Positions 10,262 through 20,386 of a stretch of 64,000 nt of DNA are shown piece after piece (the stretch's first letter is position 1; each line of letters starts with the position of its first letter). The notes under the pieces were generated by a model. That model was not told the DNA's origin. It made no database searches and saw only the letters and a list, made by a program, of their open reading frames with translations. The stretch lies in NCBI GenBank assembly GCA_963422645.2, contig CAXXVO010000015.1, positions 163,363 to 227,362 on the forward strand, read 5' to 3'. Both the position numbers and the translations under genes were made by a program. This stretch comes from Alphaproteobacteria bacterium (lineage in GTDB: Bacteria; Pseudomonadota; Alphaproteobacteria; UBA828).

Positions 10262-10992
10262 TTCCTGCTCGCCGCCTTCTCGGTGGTCGCCGTCCCCGCC
10301 TGGCGCGTATGGGAGCGCACCACCGGCTACGAGTGGTACGCCGCCGCCATGGTCACCGTCGCTGAGGCCAAGCTCGGGCTCGGCTACCAGCGCACCTCGC
10401 GCCAGGAGGTGCGCCAGCCCGACGGCAGCACCGTCGTCTCCTTACTCCCCGACATCGCCTCTTCCCCCCGGGCGCTCGCCATGCGCGAGAAGGTCCGCGA
10501 CGAGGTGTTCGCGGGCGCGCTCCTCGGGGCCAAGGCGTCGCTCGCCGCGATGGCGCTCTTCCTCGCGCTGTTCTGGATCCGTGGGCGGCAGTTGCAAGCC
10601 CGGCGCCGCATCCGGGGCGCGGAGCTCGCCACCGTCGGTCAGCTCCGCCGGCGCATCCGACCGCTTCACCGGCGCGCGCTCGGGGTCGTGTTCTCGAACC
10701 TGAAACACCCGCCCTACCGGATCGCCGGCGTGCCCTGGCCCGAGCGCGCCGAGACCCAGCACACCATCGTCTCCGGCACCACCGGCTCGGGCAAGACCGT
10801 GCTCATCTCCGACCTCGTCGACCAGATCCGAAAGCGTGGCGAGCGCTGCGTCGTCTACGACAAGATGGGGAGCTACACCCGCGCGTTCTACGACCCCGCG
10901 CGGGACGTGCTGCTCAACCCGCTCGACGCCCGGAGCCCGCGCTGGTCGCCCTTCTTCGAGGCGCGCAGCCCCCGCGACTTCGACACCATGGC
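10262..10992 (+). pseudogene. traD: Type IV coupling protein (TraD/TrwB-like), 5' part; N-terminus removed by IS21 and gene split by integrative element
   Basis: TM segments, RIRGAEL, ETQHTIVSGTTGSGKT (Walker A), YDKMG, LNPLDARSPRWSPF, ending RDFDTMA at the direct repeat. Confidence 0.88.
10983..10992 (+). repeat. attL core, ACACCATGGC
   Basis: Identical 10-mer at 56179-56188; removing the intervening DNA restores traD in frame. Confidence 0.88.
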
Positions 10993-11114
10993 GCGCACCT
11001 GCGGTGCTAACGTACTGACATAGCATTGCTTGTTTCCTCCTGTTCTGGCCGGAATACACGGAATTCCTCCGTGATTTTGCCCCGGCTGCAACGCAAGGTG
11101 CAGGAGGAATATCA

Positions 11115-12239
11115 ATGGCGACGCTTCGCCTCAATCAACGCCGCGTCGACGCACTCAAGCCCCGCAAGTCCGCCTACGACGTGCGCGACCTCGATCTCAA
11201 GGGCTTCGGCGTAAGGGTTCTGCCCTCGGGCGCCAAGCGCTACTTCGTCCATACCCAGCACCAGGGCCGGCGGGTCTGGAAGATCGTCGGCCAGGCCGGA
11301 GTCATCAGCGCCGACGAGGCCCGCGACCGGGCCAGGACTCTGGTGGCCTCGGTCCGCAAGGGCAACGGCGGCGAAGCCGCGGCGGCGCCGGACATCCCGT
11401 TCGAGACGGTCGCCGATGAAGTCTTCCGCGGCTACGCCCGAAACTGGAAGCCGTCGACGCTCAAGGTCAACCGGTACTACTACCGCAACCAGATCCTGCC
11501 CTGCTTCGAAGGGCGCCCCATCGCCGACATCACCGCCACCGACATCCGGCGCTGGTTCGCGCGCCTTCACGAGACCCCGGTGGCGGCCGACCGCTCGGCT
11601 CCCATCCTCTCGGTGATCATGCGCCAGGCCGAGGTCTACGGCTACCGGCCGGAGGGAACCAATCCGTGCGCGGGCATCAGGCGATACCGTCGCCAGGGGC
11701 GGGAGCGCTTCCTGTCAGCGGCGGAGATACGCCGGCTGGGCGAAGTGTTGGCACGCCACGAGGCCGACCACCCGCAGTCCGTGACGATCATACGGTTGCT
11801 GCTGCTCACTGGATGCCGAAAAGGGGAAATCGTCTCCCTGAAATGGCGCTACTACCGCGAGGGCAAGCTGTTCCTGCCCGACAGCAAGGTCGGGCCGCGC
11901 ACGGTCTGGCTCTCGTCCGCCGCACGCGCCATCCTCGACGACCTGCCCCGTGAGAAGCCCTGGATCTTTCCCTCGCCGCGAACAGACGGTTTCCTGCATG
12001 CCGAGACGGTTAGCAAGGTCTGGCAACGCATGCGGGCGGAAGCGGACCTGTGTGATGTCCGCCTTCACGATTGCCGACATACCTACGCCAGCATGGCCCT
12101 GGCGCAAGGCGAGACGGTGCTGACTATCGGCCGCCTGCTCGGGCACCGCGATCCGGCAACCACGCTGAAATACACGCATCTATCCGACGTCCTGGTGCGC
12201 GAAGCTGTCGACACAGTCGGCGCTGCGCTGGAGGGTTGA
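11115..12239 (+). CDS. Tyrosine integrase A (arm-binding N-domain)
   Basis: GFGVRVLPSGAK arm domain; catalytic TGCRKGE, SKVG, HDCRH, LGH, LKY. Confidence 0.93.
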   Translation: MATLRLNQRRVDALKPRKSAYDVRDLDLKGFGVRVLPSGAKRYFVHTQHQGRRVWKIVGQAGVISADEARDRARTLVASVRKGNGGEAAAAPDIPFETVADEVFRGYARNWKPSTLKVNRYYYRNQILPCFEGRPIADITATDIRRWFARLHETPVAADRSAPILSVIMRQAEVYGYRPEGTNPCAGIRRYRRQGRERFLSAAEIRRLGEVLARHEADHPQSVTIIRLLLLTGCRKGEIVSLKWRYYREGKLFLPDSKVGPRTVWLSSAARAILDDLPREKPWIFPSPRTDGFLHAETVSKVWQRMRAEADLCDVRLHDCRHTYASMALAQGETVLTIGRLLGHRDPATTLKYTHLSDVLVREAVDTVGAALEG

Positions 12240-12745
12240 CCCATGGCCGCGAAGAGGCGGCGTCTGACGGACGCCAACGTGGCGAAGCTGGCGCCGGCGG
12301 CCCACGAGTACACGGTCTGGGACACCCGCTTTGCGGGTCTCGGTGTGCGCGTGCGGCCTTCGGGTCACAAGAGCTTCGTGTATTACCGGAAGGGCGAAGA
12401 CGGCGTGCGCCGAATCACGCTCGGGCCTGTGGCGCTGACGAGCGTCGAGGAGGCGCGTGCCGAGTGTCTCGAAATCGAAACCGCGCCGCCCGCCGGCAGG
12501 CCGGAACGGGACGCGGTCCCGACCTTTGCGGAATTCGTCGCGGGTCCGGCGAACGCGTGTTTTGCCCGCTGCAAGCCGTCGACGAAAGAGACCGTGCGCC
12601 TGGCCTTGAGCGCACACCTGCTTCCGGCCTTCGGTTCCTCGCCGCTGGACCGGATCACCCGTGCCTGTGTCAACCGCTGGTTCGACGAGTACAGCAGGAT
12701 CGCGCCCGGCGGCGCCAATCGCAAGCTGGACTTGCTCTGTCGCAT

Positions 12746-14070
12746 CACTAGTGTCCCAAGAAAATTGGAGAGACCCTTGTTAAGTTATTGACAAAGCGCG
12801 ATTAAGCGCCATTTCGCGCTGTTACCGACTTGAAGTGGCCGGCGCGAGTGCCGAGGCTGGGTTCTCCGATCCAGAGGGAGCCCGGTCATGTCCACGGGAC
12901 AACTTGTCTTCTCGCAGGTGATGGACCATCTGCCCCTGCATTCGTTCCGCAAATGCGTCGAACAATACGATGGTAATCGGTACGTCAAATCGTTCTCATG
13001 CCTGAGCCAGTTTTTCTGCATGGCCTTCGCACAATTGTCCTATCGAGAAAGCCTGCGCGACATCGAGATTTGTCTGCGTGCCCAGAATAACAAGCTTTAT
13101 CACATGGGAATTCGGGGACCGGTCTCGCGCAACACTTTAGCGAACGCCAACGCGCAACGCGACTGGCGCATCTATGCCGAGTTCGCCCAGGAACTGATCG
13201 ACATCGCACGCCCACTCTATGCCGGCGAGGACCTCGGTCTTCAACTCGACAATACCGTGTACGCTCTCGACGCGTCGACCATCGATCTGTGCCTGTCGGT
13301 CTTCCCCTGGGCTCTGTTCCGCTCAACCAAGTCGGCCGTCAAGCTTCACACTCTCCTTGACTTGCAGGGCAGTATCCCGGCCTTCATTCACATCTCCGAC
13401 GGCAAGCTCGGCGATGTGAATGTCCTGGACATCATCATTCCGGAGCCCGGCGCCTTCTACATCATGGATCGCGCCTACCTCGACTTCAAGCGCCTCAACG
13501 CCCTGGATATGGCGGGAAGCTTCTTCGTCATCCGCGCAAAGGCCAACACGAAATACCGGCGCCAATACTCCCGTACCGTCGACAAAGACGCCGGACTGCG
13601 TTGCGATCAAACCATCGTCCTGACCGGAAAGGCGAGCAAAAGCCGCTACCCAAAGCCGCTCCGCAGGGTCGGCTACAAGGATACTGAAACCAACAAGACC
13701 TTCAACTTCCTGACCAACAACTTCGCTGTTCCGCCCCTCACCGTCGCAGAGCTCTACCGCTATCGCTGGCAGGTCGAACTCTTCTTCAAATGGATCAAGC
13801 AAAACCTCCGCATCAAGGCCTTCTTCGGCACCTCCGAAAATGCCGTAAAGACCCAAATCTGGATCGCAGTCTCCGTCTACGTCCTGATTGCCATCATCAA
13901 GAAGAGGTTGAGACTCGATGCCAGCCTCTACACAATTCTACAGACCCTGAGCCTCACCCTGTTCGAAAAAATCCCGCTCAATGCGCTACTTACGCATAAG
14001 GCACTCCCGGTGGGCCAGAGCCGCGAAGATAAGCAACTGATTCTATTGTAGTTTTAATGGGACACTAGTG
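12746..14070 (+). mobile_element. IS4-family element
   Basis: 13-bp IR CACTAGTGTCCCA/TGGGACACTAGTG; 9-bp TSD CTGTCGCAT (12737-12745, 14071-14079). Confidence 0.95.
12888..14051 (+). CDS. IS4-family DDE transposase
   Basis: LDASTI, MDRAY, YRYRWQVELFFKWIKQ (YREK). Confidence 0.95.
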   Translation: MSTGQLVFSQVMDHLPLHSFRKCVEQYDGNRYVKSFSCLSQFFCMAFAQLSYRESLRDIEICLRAQNNKLYHMGIRGPVSRNTLANANAQRDWRIYAEFAQELIDIARPLYAGEDLGLQLDNTVYALDASTIDLCLSVFPWALFRSTKSAVKLHTLLDLQGSIPAFIHISDGKLGDVNVLDIIIPEPGAFYIMDRAYLDFKRLNALDMAGSFFVIRAKANTKYRRQYSRTVDKDAGLRCDQTIVLTGKASKSRYPKPLRRVGYKDTETNKTFNFLTNNFAVPPLTVAELYRYRWQVELFFKWIKQNLRIKAFFGTSENAVKTQIWIAVSVYVLIAIIKKRLRLDASLYTILQTLSLTLFEKIPLNALLTHKALPVGQSREDKQLILL

Positions 14071-14961
14071 CTGTCGCATATTGAACCACGCGGTTGCGAG
14101 CGGCCATCTCCAGATGAACCCGGCGCGGGGCATCAAGCGGAACCCCCGCCCGAAACTCACACGCTTCCTCTCGCGCGAGGAAGTCCGCCGCCTTCATCGC
14201 GAGCTGGACCGTCATGCAGGAGACCGGCCGTCGCGCGCCCGGCAGGCGGACATCATTCGCCTTCTGTTGCTGACCGGCTGCCGGAAGAGTGAGATCCGTA
14301 CACTGCGCTGGCGGGATGTGGACGGGCAAGTACTCAATTTGAGGGACGCCAAGACCGGACCGAGACAGGTCATTCTAAGCGCGCCGGCCCGCGCCATCGT
14401 GCAACGGCAGCCGCGATCGGAAAGTGCCTACGTTTTCCCCTCACCGTCGAATCCGGACCGGCCGCTCTCTCGCAACCTGTCGCTCTGGCTTTCGGTGCGC
14501 AAGGAGGCCGGGATCGAGGATGTGCGCCTTCATGACCTTCGCCACACGTTTGCGAGCCACGCCGTGCTGCAGGGAGTCCCGTTGCCGGTGGTCTCCCGCC
14601 TGCTCGGCCACAGGCATCCGAGCATGACGCTGCGCTACGCTCATGTCGGCGACCGGGAGACCGAGGCGGCGGCGGAACGCATCGGCGCTTCCATCGCGCG
14701 GGAATTGGATGGTAGTATGGCCAGCACAACAGGCGACTGACTCAAAGCACTCGTGTCCGCGCCGTCAACGCATTTCAAAGAGGCTAGGGTCGAGAGAACC
14801 CGGATAACCTCGTGTAGTGGCGATGCAGATAGCACTGAAGAAGGTCGGCGATAATGGTTGGTGGGCCACCCGCCGTCGCCGGGTTTCCTCAGGCAGGAAC
14901 AGGGCGCATACAGTGCAGCGCATACTATTGATTCCCACGATGTGCTTGACCGATACGCCAG

Positions 14962-16089
14962 ATGAAAAGCATTGAGGCCCATTTCAAGGTCGCGACGCCA
15001 TGCTTCGTCGGATCAAGCAATAACAACGCCGAAGTTCGGGTTTCCTCGATCAAGGGTGCGCTGCGATTCTGGTGGCGCGCGCTCGCATGGGCGCAGTGTG
15101 CCGGCGAGGGTGGAGCCAGAGACACGGTCCGGCGCATAAGAGAACGAGAGCACGCATTGTTCGGCTCCAGCGACGCCGGGCAGAGCAAAGTCGCGATGCG
15201 GCTCGACATGAAGGCTATGCCCGAGATCGTGGAAAAGGGCAAGGTGCTGCCCGTCGGCCCCGGCGCACGCTACCTCGGCTACGGGGTAGCCTTCGGAAGC
15301 AAGAAAACAGGCACGAAACCGGGGCAGTTGATCCGCCCCTGTCTCGCGGCCCCGTTCCCGTTCTCCTTGCGAATTGCCGCACGGGACGCGCGGGCATTGT
15401 CTGACATCGCACCTGCACTGCGGCTTCTCGGTTTGGTCGGCGGTGTGGGGGCTAGGGCCCGCAAGGGCTACGGCAGCCTCGTTCTGACTTCTCTCGAAGG
15501 CGACGGTATCACCGGATGGCGGCCGCCCCGAGATATCGAGACATACTGCGGCCATCTGAGTTCGCTGTTGAAGGGCGTGGAGGCCATTGGCCGCGAGCCG
15601 GAGATCAGCGTGTTCTCGGCATGCGCGCGCGTCGATCTGATGTCCGAGAATGCCCGTACGCCCGCGGAAGTTCTCGACGAATACGGCAAGGCGATGGTGC
15701 GCTACCGAAGCTGGGGCCGAAACGGCAGGATTCTCGACGGCGAGCCTTCCAAATGTCGTTTCCGCGAAGACCATGCCTGGATGAAAAGCGAACAAGCAGC
15801 CGACGATTTTCACCCGCGCCGCGCGGTGTTCGGGCTGCCGCACAACTACGGGAAAAACATAGACGTTAAGCCGGATCAGCACGACCGGCGCGCGAGCCCC
15901 CTCTTCTTTCATGTCCACGAAATCGGCGCTCGGTATGCGGGTATCGCGTTGTTGTTGCGATCACGCTTTCTGCCCGAAGGCGAGAAGATCAGGGCGCGCG
16001 GAAAGGCTGTTCCTGCCAAACCCGACTGGGGCGTGTTGACGACGTTTCTGGATGAAAACCGGACACGCGGACTCTGGCCTGATGGCTGA
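14962..16089 (+). CDS. cmr1: Type III-B RAMP Cmr1
   Basis: SIKGALRFWWRA, GGVGARARKGYGS, RAVFGLP, RRASPL. Confidence 0.92.
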   Translation: MKSIEAHFKVATPCFVGSSNNNAEVRVSSIKGALRFWWRALAWAQCAGEGGARDTVRRIREREHALFGSSDAGQSKVAMRLDMKAMPEIVEKGKVLPVGPGARYLGYGVAFGSKKTGTKPGQLIRPCLAAPFPFSLRIAARDARALSDIAPALRLLGLVGGVGARARKGYGSLVLTSLEGDGITGWRPPRDIETYCGHLSSLLKGVEAIGREPEISVFSACARVDLMSENARTPAEVLDEYGKAMVRYRSWGRNGRILDGEPSKCRFREDHAWMKSEQAADDFHPRRAVFGLPHNYGKNIDVKPDQHDRRASPLFFHVHEIGARYAGIALLLRSRFLPEGEKIRARGKAVPAKPDWGVLTTFLDENRTRGLWPDG

Positions 16090-18004
16090 CCGAATCCTGC
16101 ACGTTTCGATCGGACCGGTGCAAGGCTTCGTCGCCCAGGCGCGGCGCACTCGGGACTTGTGGGCTGGGTCATTCCTGCTGTCGTGGTTGGCGGGACAGCT
16201 CATGGCAGCGGCGCTGCGCCGGGGCGGTCGGATTCTCTTACCCGTGGTCGGCACGGAGCGAGAACCGAGGGATTCGATGCTGGCCGCCGTTCTCGGGCAG
16301 CCGCTGTCCGGCGAACTGCCGCGTATCGGCAGCCTGCCTAACCGCTTCAAGGCGGCGGTCTCTGACGTCTTCGATCCCGAGGCGGTGGCGGACGAGGCAC
16401 GGCGGAAGTGGCGCGATCTGGCCGAATGCGTATGGCGGCGCTTCGTCGCTGGCGAAGTTGGCCTCGGCCACGATACCCGCGCCATCTGGGACCGCCAGAT
16501 CGATGGGTTTTGGGACATCCAGTGGGTGGCGGGCGCCGACCCGGGCGACGGGAGCGACGCCGCCTGGCTTGACCGGCGCAAGAACTGGCGTACTCACTGG
16601 TCGCCCGAAGAAGACGGGGACCATTGCACGACGATGGGCGACCGACAGGAACTGTCGGGTTTCGTTCGCAGCCGCGAGCGGTCGGACCAGGACGCTTTCT
16701 GGCGCGCGTTGCGAACGCGGACGGGGCGGCTCGATCTTCGCGACGGCGAGCGTCTCTGCGCGATCGCGCTGGTCAAGCGCTTGTTCCCCCGGCTCGAACC
16801 GACGGAACTCGAGCAGACAATCGGCTGGAGGATCAGCACGACGAACTGGCCCTCGACAGCCTATATGTCGGCGGTGCCTTGGCTCGCCCATGTCGCTGCC
16901 CATACTGAGCACCGTGCTAAATTGCAGGATTACGTCGAAACCGTCCGTAAAGCCGTTGGTCCGTCAACTTTCAGCAAGCTGAGCGGCGAACGCGCCGCGC
17001 GGCTGCCCAGGCTCGCCCCGCTCGGCGCCGCCGCGGACTTGGACGGCAACCTGTTTCTCGAAGCTGCGCTGGCGAACCCTCGCGCGACACCATTGAGCGA
17101 CGACGTACGCCTGCCCGGCGAAGCCGATGGGAAAGACGACCCGGACGCGGCGCCTCGCGTGCGGTTGTCAAGCGCTTTGCACGAACTCAGCGAGACGGTC
17201 GGCGCCGCGCGGCCGTTCTATGCGCTGTTGCTGATGGACGGTGACCGACTCGGCGAGTTGCTGCAAGAAAATGGCGAGGAACGGGTTTCCGAGGCGTTAG
17301 CAGAATTCGTTCGCCGCGTCCCCGACATCGTTCACGATAACGACGGTATGACCGTCTATGCTGGAGGCGACGATGTCTTGGCGATGCTGCCCGTCGATCG
17401 AGCGATCGATTGCGCGACTGCATTGCGCCGTGTCTACGGCAAGGTGTTTGCGAGTCGGGCTTTCGTGGAAGGCGATAAGGAGGGCGTATCCGCTACCGCG
17501 TCGTGCGCCATTGTCTTCGCGCATTATCGCAATCCGCTACGCGAAGTATTGGCGCTGGCTCACAGGGAACTCGACGAGACGGCCAAGGAAAGAAATGGGC
17601 GCGACTCCTTGACGCTCTCCGTCATGCTGCCCAGCGGCGTGAACCACTATTGGGTCGCACGTTTCGGAGGGGCGCCGGAGGCGCTTGAGGCGCTCTGGCG
17701 GAAGCGTCTTCCGGCGAGCTTCTTGTACAATTTGCGTCAACGCTACGATGTCCTGATCGGCGATCTCGACCCGGGCGACCGACGCGCCGTAGTTCTGGCC
17801 GAATACGTCAAGGGCGCACCACCGAATACCGAGGACGGACATGCACGCGCCGAAGCCGCTGTGGACGGGCTGCTTGCCGCCTGCACCACGCTTCGCGGAG
17901 ACGACGCGCCCGACGAGGTAGGGACGTTCCGTCTCGATGGCGCATTCATCGCCCGCTTCCTAGCAGAATCCAGCGACTTCGAGCGCGCGGCGACGCCATC
18001 ATGA
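16082..18004 (+). CDS. cmr2: Type III-B Cas10/Cmr2, no HD domain, intact cyclase motif
   Basis: IGPVQGFVAQARRTRDLWAGSFLLS at N-terminus; MDGDRLG; YAGGDDV. Confidence 0.95.
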   Translation: MADRILHVSIGPVQGFVAQARRTRDLWAGSFLLSWLAGQLMAAALRRGGRILLPVVGTEREPRDSMLAAVLGQPLSGELPRIGSLPNRFKAAVSDVFDPEAVADEARRKWRDLAECVWRRFVAGEVGLGHDTRAIWDRQIDGFWDIQWVAGADPGDGSDAAWLDRRKNWRTHWSPEEDGDHCTTMGDRQELSGFVRSRERSDQDAFWRALRTRTGRLDLRDGERLCAIALVKRLFPRLEPTELEQTIGWRISTTNWPSTAYMSAVPWLAHVAAHTEHRAKLQDYVETVRKAVGPSTFSKLSGERAARLPRLAPLGAAADLDGNLFLEAALANPRATPLSDDVRLPGEADGKDDPDAAPRVRLSSALHELSETVGAARPFYALLLMDGDRLGELLQENGEERVSEALAEFVRRVPDIVHDNDGMTVYAGGDDVLAMLPVDRAIDCATALRRVYGKVFASRAFVEGDKEGVSATASCAIVFAHYRNPLREVLALAHRELDETAKERNGRDSLTLSVMLPSGVNHYWVARFGGAPEALEALWRKRLPASFLYNLRQRYDVLIGDLDPGDRRAVVLAEYVKGAPPNTEDGHARAEAAVDGLLAACTTLRGDDAPDEVGTFRLDGAFIARFLAESSDFERAATPS

Positions 18005-19107
18005 CCCTTGTTTGTTTCGAGCCCGTGGATACGCTTTTCTTCCGTGACGGGCGGCCGTACGAACAGGGAGAGGCGAGCCAGGCGGGAGTCGTGAGCGGAT
18101 TTCCACCGTCGCCACCAACCCTCGTCGGAGCAGTCCGCGCCGCCCTGGCCCGATCCATGGGTTGGGCGCGCGGCAGCTGGAGCGCCGACATATGCGCGCG
18201 TCTGGGGGATGGCGGCGACCTCGGCCCGCTGCGGTTCCGGGGGCCGGTCGTGTCGCGAGACGGCGAAAGCCTGTTCCCCGCCCCGGCACACCTGATGGGC
18301 GGACCACGGCGCGAAGAATTCGACCCCGGATCGCTGACCTTGCTGTCGCCCGGCGGCGGCTTGACCTGCGATCTCGGTCCGGATCTGGCGTTGCCGTCCG
18401 CCGCCGGCGCCGTGAAGTGCGTCAAGCCGCTACTCGATCAAGGCTGGTGGATTACCGCGTCGGGACTCGCAGCGGTTCTGCAAGGTGACGTTCCCGCCTC
18501 CGGAGACTTGGTTCACCGCCGCGATTTGTGGAGGGAGGAGTCGAGGGTCGGCATCTTCCGTTCGGAAGGTACGCGCGTCACAGCCAAAGGTGCGCTGTAT
18601 TCTCCGAGCCATATCCGCCTCGGGCGCCGGGTTGCGTTAGCGGTCGAAGCCTGCGGGCTGCCGCCGGATCACGCCGACGTCCTGGCCGGACGACCGCACC
18701 CCGTGGGGGGCGAAGCGCGCGCCTGCTGGATGCGCTGCGTTGAGGGGCGGCTGCCTCTTCCAGCGCCGCCCGATTTGCGAGCCGCGCCGGGGCCGCTTCT
18801 CTATACTGTGACCGTTCTGACGCCCGCCAATACGGAGGCGCCGCCGCACCCCGGAGAGCGCGAATATGCGGGGCTGCCCGGCCACATCGTAAGCGCCTGT
18901 TTACCCCGCCCGACCCTCGTTGGCGGTTGGGATTCGCAAGCGGGAAGACCGCTGGCGTTGCGCTCCCATCTGGCGTCTGGCAGCGTCCTTTTCCTGAAGA
19001 CTCGACGAGACGACGTATCCCGGGTCGCGGCGCTGCACGGTGCCGCCGTCGGCGCGCGCGCCGCTTGGGGCTTTGGGCTGGTTGCCATCGGTAAATGGAA
19101 GCGCTGA
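18001..19107 (+). CDS. cmr3: Type III-B Cmr3
   Basis: EPVDTLFFRDGRPY, FPPSPPTLVGAVR, GGWD, WGFG. Confidence 0.93.
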   Translation: MTLVCFEPVDTLFFRDGRPYEQGEASQAGVVSGFPPSPPTLVGAVRAALARSMGWARGSWSADICARLGDGGDLGPLRFRGPVVSRDGESLFPAPAHLMGGPRREEFDPGSLTLLSPGGGLTCDLGPDLALPSAAGAVKCVKPLLDQGWWITASGLAAVLQGDVPASGDLVHRRDLWREESRVGIFRSEGTRVTAKGALYSPSHIRLGRRVALAVEACGLPPDHADVLAGRPHPVGGEARACWMRCVEGRLPLPAPPDLRAAPGPLLYTVTVLTPANTEAPPHPGEREYAGLPGHIVSACLPRPTLVGGWDSQAGRPLALRSHLASGSVLFLKTRRDDVSRVAALHGAAVGARAAWGFGLVAIGKWKR

Positions 19108-19133
19108 AACGACCGAACTCGGGAGCTGCCGCA

Positions 19134-19967
19134 ATGAACCATGCGTTTCTCGGCCTTCTGGCCGAAACCTTTGTCCACCCCGGCACCGGCCAAAGCGGCG
19201 GCGCCATCGACCTGCCGGTCGCGCGCGAGGCGGCGACGGACTATCCGTTCATTCCCGGTTCCGGCTTGAAAGGTGCCTTGCGCGATGCTGTGGGGCAGGG
19301 CCTGGAACCGGAAGAACGGGACCGGATGTTCGGCAAACCCGACCAGGCCGGCGCCTTGCTGGTCTCCGACGCGCGGTTGCTCCTGCTTCCGATCCGTAGT
19401 CTGACCGGTGCATACCGCTGGGCGACATGCCGCCATCTGCTGGAGCGGCTGGCGCGCGATCGACGACGCGTCGACCCCGCGAACGCTGCGGAAAGTTTGC
19501 CCGATGTCGAGCCATACAGCTACGTTGCCGTGTCGTCAGCGGAAGGCGGCGACAAGCTCTATCTTGAGGAACGCAGTTTCCGTGCCATGCCGTCGGCTGG
19601 CGCCGGTCTGGGCGGTTGGATCAATGTCATTGCCGACCTGATCGCCGACCCGATGGCGCGCGAGCGGCTAGCCAGTCAACTGGTGTTGTTGTGTGACGAT
19701 GATTTCTGCTGGTTCGCCCGAAACGGCCTCGCCGTCCAGGCGCGCAACGTGCTCGACGAGCGCAAAAGGAGCGAGAATCTCTGGTACGAGGAAACCTTGC
19801 CGCCGGATACGTTGATGTACGCGCTCCTCGCGGAACGGGTGTCCGAGGCCGGCGGCATCAAGGCGGTCGGCGCGGCGTTCGAGCGCCGGCCCTACATCCA
19901 GGTCGGCGGCAACGAGACCGTCGGCCAAGGCTGGTTGCGTACGGCATGGCGGGAGATGAGCGGATGA
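19134..19967 (+). CDS. cmr4: Type III-B Cmr4
   Basis: HPGTG...IDLPVARE...IPGSGLKGALR; LWYEETLP; QVGGNETVGQG. Confidence 0.95.
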   Translation: MNHAFLGLLAETFVHPGTGQSGGAIDLPVAREAATDYPFIPGSGLKGALRDAVGQGLEPEERDRMFGKPDQAGALLVSDARLLLLPIRSLTGAYRWATCRHLLERLARDRRRVDPANAAESLPDVEPYSYVAVSSAEGGDKLYLEERSFRAMPSAGAGLGGWINVIADLIADPMARERLASQLVLLCDDDFCWFARNGLAVQARNVLDERKRSENLWYEETLPPDTLMYALLAERVSEAGGIKAVGAAFERRPYIQVGGNETVGQGWLRTAWREMSG

Positions 19968-20386
19968 CCGCCCGCAGCCTTGACCAGCGCCGCGCCGAGC
20001 ACGCGCTGGGTCGAATCAGGAAACGGCAGGCGCACCCGAAGAAGTCCAACTACTTGGCCTATGCCAAGGCATTGCCGGCATCGATCCTGCAAAACGGGTT
20101 CGGGCAGGCAATGGCGACTCTGCGCGCGGCGGCGAAGTCAGGGGACGGCAACGACCCGCACCTTCTTCTGTATGAAGATGTCCGTGACTGGCTGTGCGGC
20201 GACGACGAGGATGCACCCTATCGAAACGAGCTGGATCTGCTCGAAGCAATTGTTTGCAGCGACCAACGGACCTATCTGCTTGCGCATGCTGAAGCGCAGA
20301 GTTATCTTGGCTGGCTGAAGAAGTTTGCCGCCGCTTGGCTTAGGCCGTCTCTGAAGCCGTCGTCGGAAGAAGACGACAATGGGTGA
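19964..20386 (+). CDS. cmr5: Type III-B small subunit Cmr5
   Basis: RSLDQRRAEHA, LPASILQNGFGQA, WLKKFA. Confidence 0.93.
   Translation: MTARSLDQRRAEHALGRIRKRQAHPKKSNYLAYAKALPASILQNGFGQAMATLRAAAKSGDGNDPHLLLYEDVRDWLCGDDEDAPYRNELDLLEAIVCSDQRTYLLAHAEAQSYLGWLKKFAAAWLRPSLKPSSEEDDNG

Larger units (their letters stand above)
12243..14740 (+). pseudogene. Tyrosine integrase B, interrupted by IS4
   Basis: 12243-12745 + 14080-14740 rejoin to 1164 nt in frame (387 aa); TGCRKSE, AKTG, HDLRH, LGH, LRY intact. Confidence 0.92.
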
